64,000 nt of DNA from Danxiaibacter flavus (lineage in GTDB: Bacteria > Bacteroidota > Bacteroidia > Chitinophagales > Chitinophagaceae), in assembly GCF_041060425.1 (NCBI RefSeq), contig NZ_JAULBC010000004.1:389649-453648 (forward strand), given 5' to 3'. Below are positions 1 through 10,152 of this stretch, piece after piece; positions within the stretch are counted from its first letter, which is position 1; the number at the start of each line of letters is the position of its first letter. A model generated the notes under the pieces. It worked only from the letters and a program-made list of their open reading frames with translations, was not told the origin of the DNA and searched no databases. Both the position numbers and the translations under genes were made by a program.

Positions 1-2893
1 CGAGATCGTCGACTTGATATCCACTTTTGAAAGATCAGGATTGCTTAAACTATCCCTGTTCGTTTCCTTACTAACAGCGCTAAATAACTTAAGTCCTTTT
101 ACTTTTACTTTTTGCAAAGACAAGGTACCGCCGCCTTTTAATGAAGGATAAACCGGCATCATGTTTTCGTCCAACTTTCCGCTTAGCGTATAATTTAGAG
201 AAACAATTCCCTCTGCATTAGCCGCGGAGCTCGCCATATCATGAAACAATTGTATTTCATTATACGCTTTCTTAACATCAAAATTCTGCGCATCAATATG
301 GTAGTCGAACACTGCTTTTTTCGGAGACAACGTCTGGTACGTTGCATTCATCGAAACAGGAGCATCAATCAACGTAAAACCCGTTTTATTCAATTTCAGT
401 TTGCCACTATCGACCAGAACGCCACCTTTAAAATTCTTTAGCTCGATGCCACTATACATAACACGGTCCGCATTTGCTGTAAGCTGTAATGACAAGTTAG
501 CAGGAATAATAACAACGCCAGAAGGCTGCGTGGAAGTTTGTTTTGAAGTGGTTGTTGATGAATTATCCGCAAAAGCCATAAACTCATCCACCAAAAAGTA
601 TTTCGTATTAACATCAAAGGTACCTTTTAACGGCGCGTCTGTTTTCGTAGCGTAATTAAGAATATTTTCAAGATATCCTTGCAACACAACAGCTGTTTTG
701 CCGTAGCTGGCATTAAAATTATTCATCCATATTTTATCCTGGTCAAAACGGAAATTGCCGGACGAAATAACAAAAGGCATTGGGAACAAGTCAGATGTAA
801 ATGCAATCTTTCGCACATCGATTGTGCCATGATTATTCAACTGATCGTAACGTCCCGCAGTTGCGTCTGCCTGCGTACCTGCCAGGGAAACATTGGTTTT
901 AACATAGCCATCAACATTGTATCCATTTATAGCAAATACCTTGTATATCTTGCCGAGATCAATAATACCACGGGATGTTACAACATACCGCAGGTTATCA
1001 AAATTACTGAGGTCTGCTCTTAGCCTGAACGGCTGTCCTTCAAAAGAAAATGAGATGGGCTTAATGTTTACATTAAGATCCTGCATTGTACCTTTTGTTG
1101 TTTTCACCATCGCGTCTACCTGGATCTGATCTATTGGAGCTGGATAGTATTTCGTTTTCACAGCGCCATCATTTAAAACAATTTTTGCACTTGTGACAGG
1201 TAATAATTTTTTCGAAGGATTATAATATCCCTTCGTTACCAAGTCGATGTTCAGTGCACCTTTCAGATCAATACTGTCAACAGGATAAAACTGCTTAATA
1301 CTCGCAAGATCGATCACTGATTGCAGTTGGGCATTCACCGGGTAATCTTTCGCACCGCTCACATGCACAAAACCTTTTAAGAAATTATCAATAGCCTTTA
1401 CCTGGATATCGGCGATATCAACAGATGCATGATGAATGTTGTTGTCAGGACATGATGCATTAATATCAAAACTTATTTTATCTATGGCATGAGGAAGTGA
1501 TGCATATTTAAAGTAGCCGTCAGTTAGAGATGACGTCAATTTAAAAACGGGAACACTTGTAATAACGGTGTCCACTTGACGAAGACCGCTTTTTACCACA
1601 CCCCTGGCATATTTTCCGTCGGCAGTACAATTTAGCCTGTACTTTCCCTTTATTGCAAAGGACTTGACACCAAAGGCCCTGTTCCATTTTTCAAGATCCA
1701 TATCAGCCCTGATGGCGGCCTTTATGTAAGGTTCATTTAACCCTTTTAGTTGTATAATGGAACTGAAATAATCTTTATCAATATTAAAAAATATAGAATC
1801 AATATTTACCGATAAGCTATCGGGACTTAACGATGGCAGCTTTGTGTCGAAGTTCAGGAAAAGATTCGTGACAGGTGAAGGCGCATGATTGTTTGCGATA
1901 TAGCCGTCACGTATTTTAAGATTAAATCCAAGATCAGGCATTTTGTTTTCTTCAACAATATATTTCCCAGTCAGGTATGCATCCATTTCCGTTTTACCTC
2001 TTACATCAGTGCTATCCAGCCATCCGGCGTATTGGGGAGGCAATGCGGTAAATACATCATGAAGATTTGTTGTACGCGAGATCAACCTGAAATCCATATT
2101 ATATCCCTTCTCCAGGAAGTCGAACTGTCCTTTAAATGCAACCGGAAGCGTATTAATGAGCAAGTCATTTTTTTCAAAGCGAAGCTCTAGTGAATGTGTG
2201 TTAATTTTAGTGACCAGATCTGCGGATACTTTCTTCGAAATGATGTATGGAGTATAATCATACACCAGGTCAAATGATCCAATCTCCATTTTTGAATAAA
2301 GATCAAATACAGATTTTGACAGATCGCCTTTACCGGTGTAATTGAAATTGTCTGCGCTGATCAATATAGGTATCGACTGATCGTCGTAAAAAAGTTTACT
2401 TTTTTCTATCTGGATCTTTTCAATTTTCAAAGAAGCGCTGCTGCTGTCATTTGGATTGACAGATGCCGTTGTATCCGACTTATACACATTGTAATTTGCC
2501 TGTCCCTTATCATTCACTAAGATCCGAATAGCAGCATTTGAAAGATAAATTTCATTTATATTGATGCTGGACTTAAACACGGTAGAAAGATCTACGCCAA
2601 ACGCAACTTCTTTTGCTGCGATCAGTGTATCCTGGCTGTAAGGAGCAGATCCTTTCAGCGTAAAATCATACAAAGTGAGTGTAAGCGAAGGAAAGTGTTT
2701 AAAGAATGAAAGCCTCGCTTTTGAAAAATTGAGTTCACTTGTAATAGCATTGTTCGCCCACGATTTTATTTTTTTGGAAACAAAGCCCGGGAAGATCATG
2801 GGCAGAAGAAACATTAGCAACACAATACTGCCTATTACAATGCCTGAAGTCTTAAGTGTCTTTCGTAAAATTTTTCTACCTGAAATTTTCATA
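1..2893 (-). CDS. AsmA-family outer-membrane assembly protein (partial, continues beyond window start)
   Basis: Minus-strand ATG at 2891-2893 (MKISGRKILRKTL...) followed by a hydrophobic anchor. Uninterrupted minus-strand reading frame to position 1 in the part translated by hand. Absent from the ORF track because it has no in-window stop. AsmA-like N-terminal features; family call from memory only. Confidence 0.55.
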
Positions 2894-3046
2894 ACCTGTA
2901 AACTGCCTTGAAAAAACTGTATTGAACAATTTAAATGGACGGGTTATCATAGGGAAGATCAATCGTTTTTATGTGCTACGGATGATTGAATTTAAGTTTT
3001 TGCTTCCTTTTATGCAATAGCAAATTTAAAGACAACAACCGCTAGC

Positions 3047-3790
3047 TCATTTCTTTTCAAACAACCACCAAAAACGCCTGCGCTGCCCTACTTTAAAATT
3101 ACCGGAGATGTACTTGCTTATGTGGTTAATTGCATCATCCATATCATCCGTAATTAACACAAGTTTCATATCCTGAGCCGATATTGTTCCCTTTTCTATA
3201 AGGCTGTTCATGTACGCCACCAGCTCAGTATGGTATTCCGTTCCATAAACCACAATAGGAAAGTCTTGTATAACCTGCGTTTGCACGAGCGTTAATGTTT
3301 CAAAAAACTCATCCATCGTACCAAACCCGCCGGGCATAATAATAAAAGCATAAGAATATTTTACCAGCAACACTTTTCTTACAAAAAAGAAATCGATATT
3401 GAGCGATTTATGTAAATACGGGTTTGCATGCTGCTCGTGAGGCAACACTATATTAACACCGACAGACATACCATTGTTCTCGAAAGCACCTTTATTTGCC
3501 GCCTCCATTATTCCTGGTCCACCTCCTGTCATTGTTGTCATTCCCATCGCAGCTATGCGTTTTCCAAACTCGACCGCAGCTTCATAGTATTGATGTCCCG
3601 GCTTAAACCGTGCGGAACCAAATACGGTAATACATGGTCCTACAAAATGCAATGTTCTGAACCCCTTAACAAACTGTTTTACAACACGCCACATAAAAGT
3701 AAGCTCATACATCCTGGGTTTCGGCCCTTCGAGGGATACATCCGTTCTGGCAGGGATAATTCTGGTAGGAACACTTTTCACTTTTTCCAT
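3047..3790 (-). CDS. LOG-family (TIGR00730) Rossmann-fold nucleotide-binding protein
   Basis: Motifs TVFGSARFKPGHQYY, MTGGGPGIMEAANKGA and PGGFGTMDEFFE. Start moved to the internal MEKVKS; the upstream 39 codons look non-coding. Confidence 0.7.
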   Translation of the reverse strand: MEKVKSVPTRIIPARTDVSLEGPKPRMYELTFMWRVVKQFVKGFRTLHFVGPCITVFGSARFKPGHQYYEAAVEFGKRIAAMGMTTMTGGGPGIMEAANKGAFENNGMSVGVNIVLPHEQHANPYLHKSLNIDFFFVRKVLLVKYSYAFIIMPGGFGTMDEFFETLTLVQTQVIQDFPIVVYGTEYHTELVAYMNSLIEKGTISAQDMKLVLITDDMDDAINHISKYISGNFKVGQRRRFWWLFEKK

Positions 3791-3982
3791 ATCTGCAAAA
3801 TCAATACAAATTATGTTAATGATGAAATAATTTTTTTTGAAAACCACGGAGGCACGGGCGACACCGAGAAACACGGCGATCTTTTGCCACCAAGACAGAA
3901 AGAACACGAAGGGACACTAAGTAAGCTTCTTTGTGCTGCTTAGTGACCTTAGTGCCCTGAAGGTTGGCAATAATGTGGAAAA

Positions 3983-4090
3983 CGTATAACGTATAACTTA
4001 CAACGTATGACCAGTTCTAAGCTTTACGCTTTAGGCTTTAAGCTAACTTACCACTTTGCCCTTACTCCATTAAGCTTTATTTTGCACCCG
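3983..4090. repeat. composite word-repeat (CGTATAACGTATAACTTACAAC plus AGCTTTACGCTTTAGGCTTTAAGCT) upstream of xth
   Basis: The first word recurs at 45372-45393, with relatives at 47575-47612 and 62465-62500. The second recurs downstream of xth at 4998-5043. Confidence 0.6.
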
Positions 4091-4104
4091 CTAAAACATT
4101 AACC

Positions 4105-4875
4105 ATGCGTGTTATTTCATACAACGTAAACGGATTACGTGCTGCTATTACCAAGGGTTTTATTGATTGGCTGGCTACAGATCCGGCTGACGTGATATGT
4201 CTGCAGGAAACAAAAGCGCATAAAGACAATGTGGATTATGCAAGAATTGAGGCCCTTGGGTATGAGACTTACTGGTTCTCAGCTGAAAAAAAAGGATATA
4301 GTGGCGTAGCCATTTTCACAAAAATAAAGCCTGACAATGTGCAGTTTGGGAATGGCATTATGCAGAGCGATGCCGAAGGTCGTGTAATCAGGGCCGATTA
4401 TGGAGATATTACGCTTATTAATGCTTATTTCCCTTCCGGAACAAGCGGTGATGAAAGACAAACTTATAAATACCAATGGCTGGATGAATTCCTGGAATAT
4501 TTAAGTGTACTTAGAAAAACAAGGCCCAAACTGATCGTAACCGGTGATTACAACATTGCACACAAGGAAGTTGATATACATGATCCGAAAGGAAATAAAA
4601 AGTCATCAGGTTTCTTACCGGAAGAAAGAGAATGGCTGGACAAAATGCTGGCCAACGGATTTGTTGATACGTTCCGCTGTGTGAGGCCGGATGAGCTACA
4701 CCGCTACAGTTGGTGGAGCCAGCGTTTTCCGTCTGTTCGCCTGCAAAATAAAGGATGGCGTATTGATTATATAACCGTAACCGAAAATCTGAAAAAGCAG
4801 ATTGTTGACGCTGAGATCTATCCGGATATTAAGCACAGTGATCATTGCCCGGTATTTTTAGAGCTGAAAGCATAG
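4105..4875 (+). CDS. xth: exodeoxyribonuclease III
   Basis: MRVISYNVNGLRA...CLQETKA...SDHCP: canonical ExoIII/AP-endonuclease motifs, 256 aa. Confidence 0.9.
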   Translation: MRVISYNVNGLRAAITKGFIDWLATDPADVICLQETKAHKDNVDYARIEALGYETYWFSAEKKGYSGVAIFTKIKPDNVQFGNGIMQSDAEGRVIRADYGDITLINAYFPSGTSGDERQTYKYQWLDEFLEYLSVLRKTRPKLIVTGDYNIAHKEVDIHDPKGNKKSSGFLPEEREWLDKMLANGFVDTFRCVRPDELHRYSWWSQRFPSVRLQNKGWRIDYITVTENLKKQIVDAEIYPDIKHSDHCPVFLELKA

Positions 4876-5045
4876 TTTTAAGCTTAAAGCCCAAAGCCTA
4901 AAGCTTAAAACCATGCGAAGAATTAAAGCAACCAGACTGTGCGCAAACTAAGAAGTAAGCTTTAGAATTACTTATATGGCTTTACATTTTGAACTGGAGA
5001 AGTGACTAGCTTTAGGCTTTAAGCTTTACGCTTTGAGCTTCTAAA
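4876..5045. repeat. AGCTTTA-word array downstream of xth, including a 12-bp-stem hairpin at 4876-4912
   Basis: gttttaagctt-aaagcccaaagcc-taaagcttaaaac immediately after the xth stop, then agctttaggctttaagctttacgctttgagctt at 5005-5040. Confidence 0.6.
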
Positions 5046-5054
5046 ATTCATCTT

Positions 5055-5360
5055 ATGTTAATCTACAACGTTACCGTAAAGGTTGATTTATCTATACACG
5101 AACTGTGGCTACAATGGCTGCAGGATATTTATATTCCCGAAATATTGGGTACCGGCTGCTTTGTAAAGCATCAGTTATTGCACTTGCTGGAGTTGGATGA
5201 CCGGGAAGGAATTACCTATGCTATACAATATTATGCAGAAAGCAAGGCCAATTATAACCGGTATATAAGTCTGTACAACCAGGGGTTTTTACAGCAGGAA
5301 AAGGCCGCCTGGGGCAATAAAACCGTGCATTTTGCCACTATTATGGAGGTTGTGAATTGA
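5055..5360 (+). CDS. hypothetical protein (DUF4286-like)
   Basis: 101-aa ORF with clean coding statistics. Family assignment is by recollection only. Confidence 0.45.
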   Translation: MLIYNVTVKVDLSIHELWLQWLQDIYIPEILGTGCFVKHQLLHLLELDDREGITYAIQYYAESKANYNRYISLYNQGFLQQEKAAWGNKTVHFATIMEVVN

Positions 5361-5453
5361 TTGTGGAAATCTATTTTTATTGTTGTTGGCCAATGCAAAA
5401 ACTGTTGTATATTTCTTTTAAACCCGCGACAGCACTGCATTTTAATATATAAT

Positions 5454-5506
5454 CTTCTGAAATCCTTTACAGCAAAGGGTTTCAGAAGATTTAAGATTTT
5501 TTCTTG
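5454..5506 (+). terminator. nested hairpin plus T-run after the DUF4286-like gene
   Basis: cttctgaaatcctttacagcaaagggtttcagaag, followed by attttttcttg. Confidence 0.45.
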
Positions 5507-5656
5507 CAATTGCACAATATGTTCATTTACGCTGAATCCCTTGCACTGTGCGAGGTACAGCAAATGCCCAATATAAAAACTTAACAAAATTTATTTTGTT
5601 GATATGTAAAACCTAATACATTTGTTATGATTTACTAACAACAAAAAATCATAACT

Positions 5657-5932
5657 ATGAACAAAGCTGAATTGGTTGCCAAAATTGCAGAAGATGCAGG
5701 CATCACAAAAACCCAGGCCAACGCTACATTAGATTCTTTTACAACTGCTGTAGCAAAATCTTTGAAAAAAGGTGATTCTGTTACTTTAGTAGGTTTTGGT
5801 ACTTTTTCTGTTACCAAAAGAGCTGCACGTACAGGACGTAACCCACAAACAGGCGCAACTATTAAAATTGCGGCAAAAAAAGTAGCGAAATTTAAAGCTG
5901 GCGCAGATCTTGCAAAGACTGTAAACAAATAG
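5657..5932 (+). CDS. HU-family DNA-binding protein (copy 1)
   Basis: MNKAELVAKIAEDAGITKTQA...FGTFSV..RAARTGRNPQTG: HU/IHF signature. Confidence 0.9.
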   Translation: MNKAELVAKIAEDAGITKTQANATLDSFTTAVAKSLKKGDSVTLVGFGTFSVTKRAARTGRNPQTGATIKIAAKKVAKFKAGADLAKTVNK

Positions 5933-5959
5933 TTTTTAATTATTTTAAATAGAACAATC

Positions 5960-6229
5960 ATGAACAAAGCTGAATTGGTAGCTAAACTTGCGGATGATGC
6001 TGGTGTAACTAAAACACAGGCTAACGCTGCATTAGATTCTTTTGTAGAAGCTGTTACTAAAACTTTAAAAGGTGGTGGTAAAGTAACGCTGGTAGGTTTC
6101 GGTACTTTCTCTGTATCTAAACGTGCTGCACGCACTGGCCGTAATCCTCAGACCGGCGAAACAATCAAAATTAAAGCGAAAAAAGTTGCTCGCTTTAAAG
6201 CTGGTAAAGAACTGTCTGAAAAAATCTAA
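5960..6229 (+). CDS. HU-family DNA-binding protein (copy 2, tandem paralog)
   Basis: About 75% identical to the upstream copy, 27 bp downstream. Confidence 0.9.
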   Translation: MNKAELVAKLADDAGVTKTQANAALDSFVEAVTKTLKGGGKVTLVGFGTFSVSKRAARTGRNPQTGETIKIKAKKVARFKAGKELSEKI

Positions 6230-6250
6230 CTAGTTTGGATTATATCAAAA

Positions 6251-6288
6251 AAGCAGAAGTGTTGCATAACGCTTCTGCTTTTTTATTT
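6251..6288 (+). terminator. rho-independent terminator after the HU pair
   Basis: agcagaagtgttgcataacgcttctgc followed by a T7 run. Confidence 0.7.
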
Positions 6289-6289
6289 C

Positions 6290-6530
6290 TCTCCCACTTA
6301 CATTATTTTTTTGGTTACACAGAGAAACAGCCGGAGAAGACACAGAGTGCCACAGAGCTTTTGCAAGTATGATCTATCATTTTCTTTGCGCTTGTCTACT
6401 TCACACGATTTAGTCGATATGGCGCTCAATACTCATCAGTTCTACTGAATATAATCAACCCACAGCACATCAATCTCTCTTACCTATCTTATAATCTTAC
6501 ACGTCTTACGGTCTTACTATCTTACTCTCT
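6290..6530. repeat. word-repeat arrays CACAGAG and TCTTAC
   Basis: ttacacagagaaacagccggagaagacacagagtgccacagagc and tcttacacgtcttacggtcttactatcttactctcttactgtcttaact. Confidence 0.55.
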
Positions 6531-7546
6531 TACTGTCTTAACTCAAGCTTCTCCCCCTCCGCATCATAATAAAACTCATCATCCGCCCCACAGTTATATG
6601 GCATTAAAAATTCCCTGTCAAGGTTATTATTCTCCACATCTTTTAGCGGAACAAGAAACAATGTCTCGGGATCAGAAGCTTTTCCACCCACACCTATAAC
6701 AAGATAGACAGGTTTATTTTCATCTTCAGCATATTGTTTATAATTGTTAAGCAGAGAAGATTCGAGTTCAATTTTATCGTTAAAAAAATAGTGCCGCCAC
6801 TTGCACTCAAGTCCGAACGCACGATTTATTTTTTCGCCATTTTTAGTGCCGCTAAACATGATCTCAAAATCTGGATGCTTGTTTGACTGAGCAAATATTC
6901 CTTCCACATACTTATCCGATCGCCAGCGTTTGATTGATAAAGATGGATTCTTACTTAATTTCTTAATGATAAATTGTTCAAACGCGTCGCCCTTGTCTTC
7001 ACCCTCTGCAAGAGGAATATAATCCGGCATATGTTCTTCGACAGCATTCACCACCGGTGGCACAGGGTCGTTCTCACTCACAATTGTCTCCGTTGGAATA
7101 CGCTCCGTTTGCATTGGAACAGTTGCTACCGTTTTTTTAACCGGTGGAGTTGGCTTATCGAGTTTTGCCCGGATCCATTTATACAGGAAGTAAAGAACAA
7201 TTATGATCAGCAACCATTTAAACAGCTTGCCAATAAAGCTCCAAAAACCGCCACTACCAGGTCTGTCCTTTACATCTATTTTCTCGATCATTTGTGCAGC
7301 CACAAAACCCCTTGTATTGTTTTTAATGGCTACCACTTCCATCCATCCTTTTAAATCATGAATGGCTTCAAGGGTATCTCCTTTTAGTGCAACTGTGATG
7401 GTATTGTAATTCTTGCCGGGACCACTCCTGATATTTAATCCATCTACTGTCACGCGGTAATACTGTTGTGCAATCGCAGAAGAACCGGTTGCGAAAACAA
7501 GACCGGTAATCAATAAAATGCTTAAATATTTTAAACAATGCTTCAT
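6530..7546 (-). CDS. membrane-anchored SH3b-domain protein with C-terminal PD-(D/E)xK nuclease-like domain
   Basis: Signal peptide, SH3b-like block (YYRVTVDGLNIRSGPG...GWMEV), a single TM helix (WLLIIIVLYFLYKWI) and a Pro-rich linker. C-terminal domain carries the D..E.K pattern (PDFEIMF...GLECKWR). Confidence 0.6.
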   Translation of the reverse strand: MKHCLKYLSILLITGLVFATGSSAIAQQYYRVTVDGLNIRSGPGKNYNTITVALKGDTLEAIHDLKGWMEVVAIKNNTRGFVAAQMIEKIDVKDRPGSGGFWSFIGKLFKWLLIIIVLYFLYKWIRAKLDKPTPPVKKTVATVPMQTERIPTETIVSENDPVPPVVNAVEEHMPDYIPLAEGEDKGDAFEQFIIKKLSKNPSLSIKRWRSDKYVEGIFAQSNKHPDFEIMFSGTKNGEKINRAFGLECKWRHYFFNDKIELESSLLNNYKQYAEDENKPVYLVIGVGGKASDPETLFLVPLKDVENNNLDREFLMPYNCGADDEFYYDAEGEKLELRQ

Positions 7547-7779
7547 AACACAGGTTAAGGACGATCATTTTTCGACGCCGTGCCTCAGCCATAACGAATA
7601 TATACCAAATTCATAAAATATTTAGAAACAAAGAAACCAGCCGATTTACTTTAAAAAGATGACAAAAAATGGCATTTATAATCATCGAAGTAGCCTAAAA
7701 ACCATTCTTACTTTTTTAAGTAAATAGTTTTTTGCATTTTTGCAGCTACCAAATTATTCATTTATTAAAAAAATACGTC

Positions 7780-7899
7780 ATGGGAAGAGGTGATAAAAAA
7801 ACCAAAAAAGGTAAAATATTTAAAGGTTCTTTTGGCAAAAGCCGTTTAGCAAGACCTTCAAAAGCTAAAAAAGCTGCTGCAGAAAAAAAAGAAGCTTAA
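7780..7899 (+). CDS. 30S ribosomal protein bTHX (39 aa)
   Basis: MGRGDKKTKKGKIFKGSFGKSRLARPSKAKKAAAEKKEA: Thx-like basic Gly/Lys peptide. Below the 60-aa ORF-track threshold, terminator immediately downstream. Confidence 0.6.
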   Translation: MGRGDKKTKKGKIFKGSFGKSRLARPSKAKKAAAEKKEA

Positions 7900-7921
7900 T
7901 TAATTATACAAAAGCTTGACG

Positions 7922-7960
7922 TACGGATCAGTTCTTAGGAATGATCCGTATTTCTTTTTA
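7922..7960 (+). terminator. rho-independent terminator after bTHX
   Basis: tacggatcagttcttaggaatgatccgta followed by tttcttttt. Confidence 0.65.
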
Positions 7961-8134
7961 TAAAAGGATTATTTCTACTCAATCCTGATAACTATCTTCC
8001 GTACTCCTCCGTCATCTATAAAATATCTTCGTTTAGTATCAGGCATTACTTTTAATGCAACACAGTCTGCATTGGCCAAAGATTTGTATCTTATCCATAA
8101 GCTCCTTTTTGTCCAACACATAAAACGGATTAAC

Positions 8135-9859
8135 ATGAGGTTTCGTTCTATTCTGCTTGCAATGCTTTACTTCTCTTTTTTATCATGTCGCCAACAGTTG
8201 CAACCCAACCCGGTTTCGCAACAACATCTTGTAACCGTTGATTCAATGGCTGATATACCTCAACCATTAAAGATCATCGACTGGCATAGCATGGCAACAT
8301 CTTTTGACAGCATTGCGTATAACGTTAATGAAACAGGACAATACTGGCCGTTGATTTGGTGGGACAGCAGCCGCAAGAACTTTGATCAGCCGGTAATGGC
8401 ATTATATACAGCAATGGGTGATGCAAGGCAGGGCCCTAAAAATAACAAAGGCATGTTTCATGAATCCGTAGCGGCAATGGGTGGAGCACTTGGGGCTTCT
8501 TTGGTGGGTATTAACAAAACAGATCAACATGGTTTGAACTATGTCGCCATGCTGAAAAATTATTTTAACAGGGAAACGAAATGGAACATTATGATGAACA
8601 ATACCAACCCCCAGGTTGCCTTGCTTGGCGGCGGCTATGGAAGGGACTGGTGGTATGATGTTTATCCAAACGTATTGTTTTATGGCGTGTACAATCAATA
8701 TCCCAACGAAAAAGATTTTGATTACATCGCGAGAAGTATCGCCGACAAATTTTACCAGGCCGATTCAGTTTTAAACGGAAATTATGATTATACATTCTTC
8801 GACTATGATAGCCTGAAGCCGAAAGTTAACTGGATCTGCAAACAGCCGGATGCAGCAGCGGGTCATGCGTACGTGTTATATAATGCTTACAAAAAATGGG
8901 GCGACGAAAAATATCTGAAAGCAGCCAATAACGCACTTACTGCTTTGCTAAAAGAAAAGGACAATACTTTTTATGAAATACTGATGCCATTTGGCGCGTA
9001 TACTGCAGCAAGACTTAACGCAGAAAAAAATGACAGTCTTAATGTAAAAAAGTTGCTCGACTGGACATTTGATGGCACAGCAAAATGCAGGGAAGGATGG
9101 GGCGTACTCGTTGGCAGATGGAATGCAATGGATATTTCCGGCATTGTTGGCAGCACGGTAGATCATGGCGGTTATGGCTTTCTAATGAACACGTTTGATC
9201 TTGCGTGGCCGCTGGTTCCGCTGGTAAGGTATGATCAATCTTATGCCAACGCTATCGGAAAATGGATGTTAAATGCAGCCAATGCTGCAAAATTGTTTTA
9301 TCCGCAATACATGCCTGATGATCATCAAACGCTTCCACAACTAAAGTCGATCACTAAAGGAGTCATAGGATATGAAGGCATTGTGAAGCAATCAACATTT
9401 GACGAGTATAAAAATATCGCAGCGCCCGTAGCGCAAGGAGATGGCCCCAAATGGGTTCCGGGCAAAAATCCGGATGTTACGCAATTCAGTGTGTACGGCA
9501 GTGCGCATGCAGGCATATTTGGCGGAATTATCCGCAATACCAATGTTGAAGGCATCTTACAACTAAACTTACTTGCTACTGATTTTTTCAGGGATAAAGC
9601 TTACCCTACTTACCTTTATTACAATCCATATAATGAAGAAAAAACTATTGCGATTACAACCAGCAGCGACGATGCTGTTGATCTGTACAACACAATAACC
9701 CGCTCTTTTACTGTTACAAATGTAAAGGGTAGTGCAGAAATCAAACTGCCTGCAAAGGGATCAGCAGTAATTGTTATAGCGCCAGCTGGTGGCAAGGGAG
9801 CGTATAAGGATAAGAAATATTTGATTAATGATGTAGTGGTTGATTATCATGCGAGGTGA
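8135..9859 (+). CDS. hypothetical lipoprotein, possibly a glycoside-hydrolase-like fold
   Basis: Start moved to MRFRSILLAMLYFSFLSC (lipobox). 575 aa, Trp/Tyr-rich, no confident family match by eye. Confidence 0.55.
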   Translation: MRFRSILLAMLYFSFLSCRQQLQPNPVSQQHLVTVDSMADIPQPLKIIDWHSMATSFDSIAYNVNETGQYWPLIWWDSSRKNFDQPVMALYTAMGDARQGPKNNKGMFHESVAAMGGALGASLVGINKTDQHGLNYVAMLKNYFNRETKWNIMMNNTNPQVALLGGGYGRDWWYDVYPNVLFYGVYNQYPNEKDFDYIARSIADKFYQADSVLNGNYDYTFFDYDSLKPKVNWICKQPDAAAGHAYVLYNAYKKWGDEKYLKAANNALTALLKEKDNTFYEILMPFGAYTAARLNAEKNDSLNVKKLLDWTFDGTAKCREGWGVLVGRWNAMDISGIVGSTVDHGGYGFLMNTFDLAWPLVPLVRYDQSYANAIGKWMLNAANAAKLFYPQYMPDDHQTLPQLKSITKGVIGYEGIVKQSTFDEYKNIAAPVAQGDGPKWVPGKNPDVTQFSVYGSAHAGIFGGIIRNTNVEGILQLNLLATDFFRDKAYPTYLYYNPYNEEKTIAITTSSDDAVDLYNTITRSFTVTNVKGSAEIKLPAKGSAVIVIAPAGGKGAYKDKKYLINDVVVDYHAR

Positions 9860-10152
9860 TACGTGCCTGTAACCACCTAAACGCCGTGTAAAGTCTCCAG
9901 TCTTCGTGGTTTTACTCTGTGGTTTCTAATGATGCTTATTCATAACAAATCGCCAGATGCGATAGAATAAGACTGCAGAGCCCGGAAGCTCAGTACAGCG
10001 GAATGCAGCCAGGTAATTAACCCTCCGCTAAGCCTCCTCGCTTCGCGGTCTTACTTTATCATTTGCAGCAATGCATAAATTCACACTATTATTAAATTCA
10101 ACAAAAACAGCCGACACATCTACATGCCGGCTGCTTCTTTAACTATGAACCT

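Noticed and set aside
3428-3943. 171-aa plus-strand ORF
   Set aside because: It is antisense to the well-supported LOG-family gene and is Cys/His/Ser-rich low-complexity.
5517-5523. ATGTTCA heptamer upstream of the HU genes as an additional GntR site
   Set aside because: It is a single half-site with no partner arm. A 7-mer is expected several times by chance in 64 kb.
5635-6135. 166-aa minus-strand ORF across the HU pair
   Set aside because: It is antisense to two canonical HU genes.
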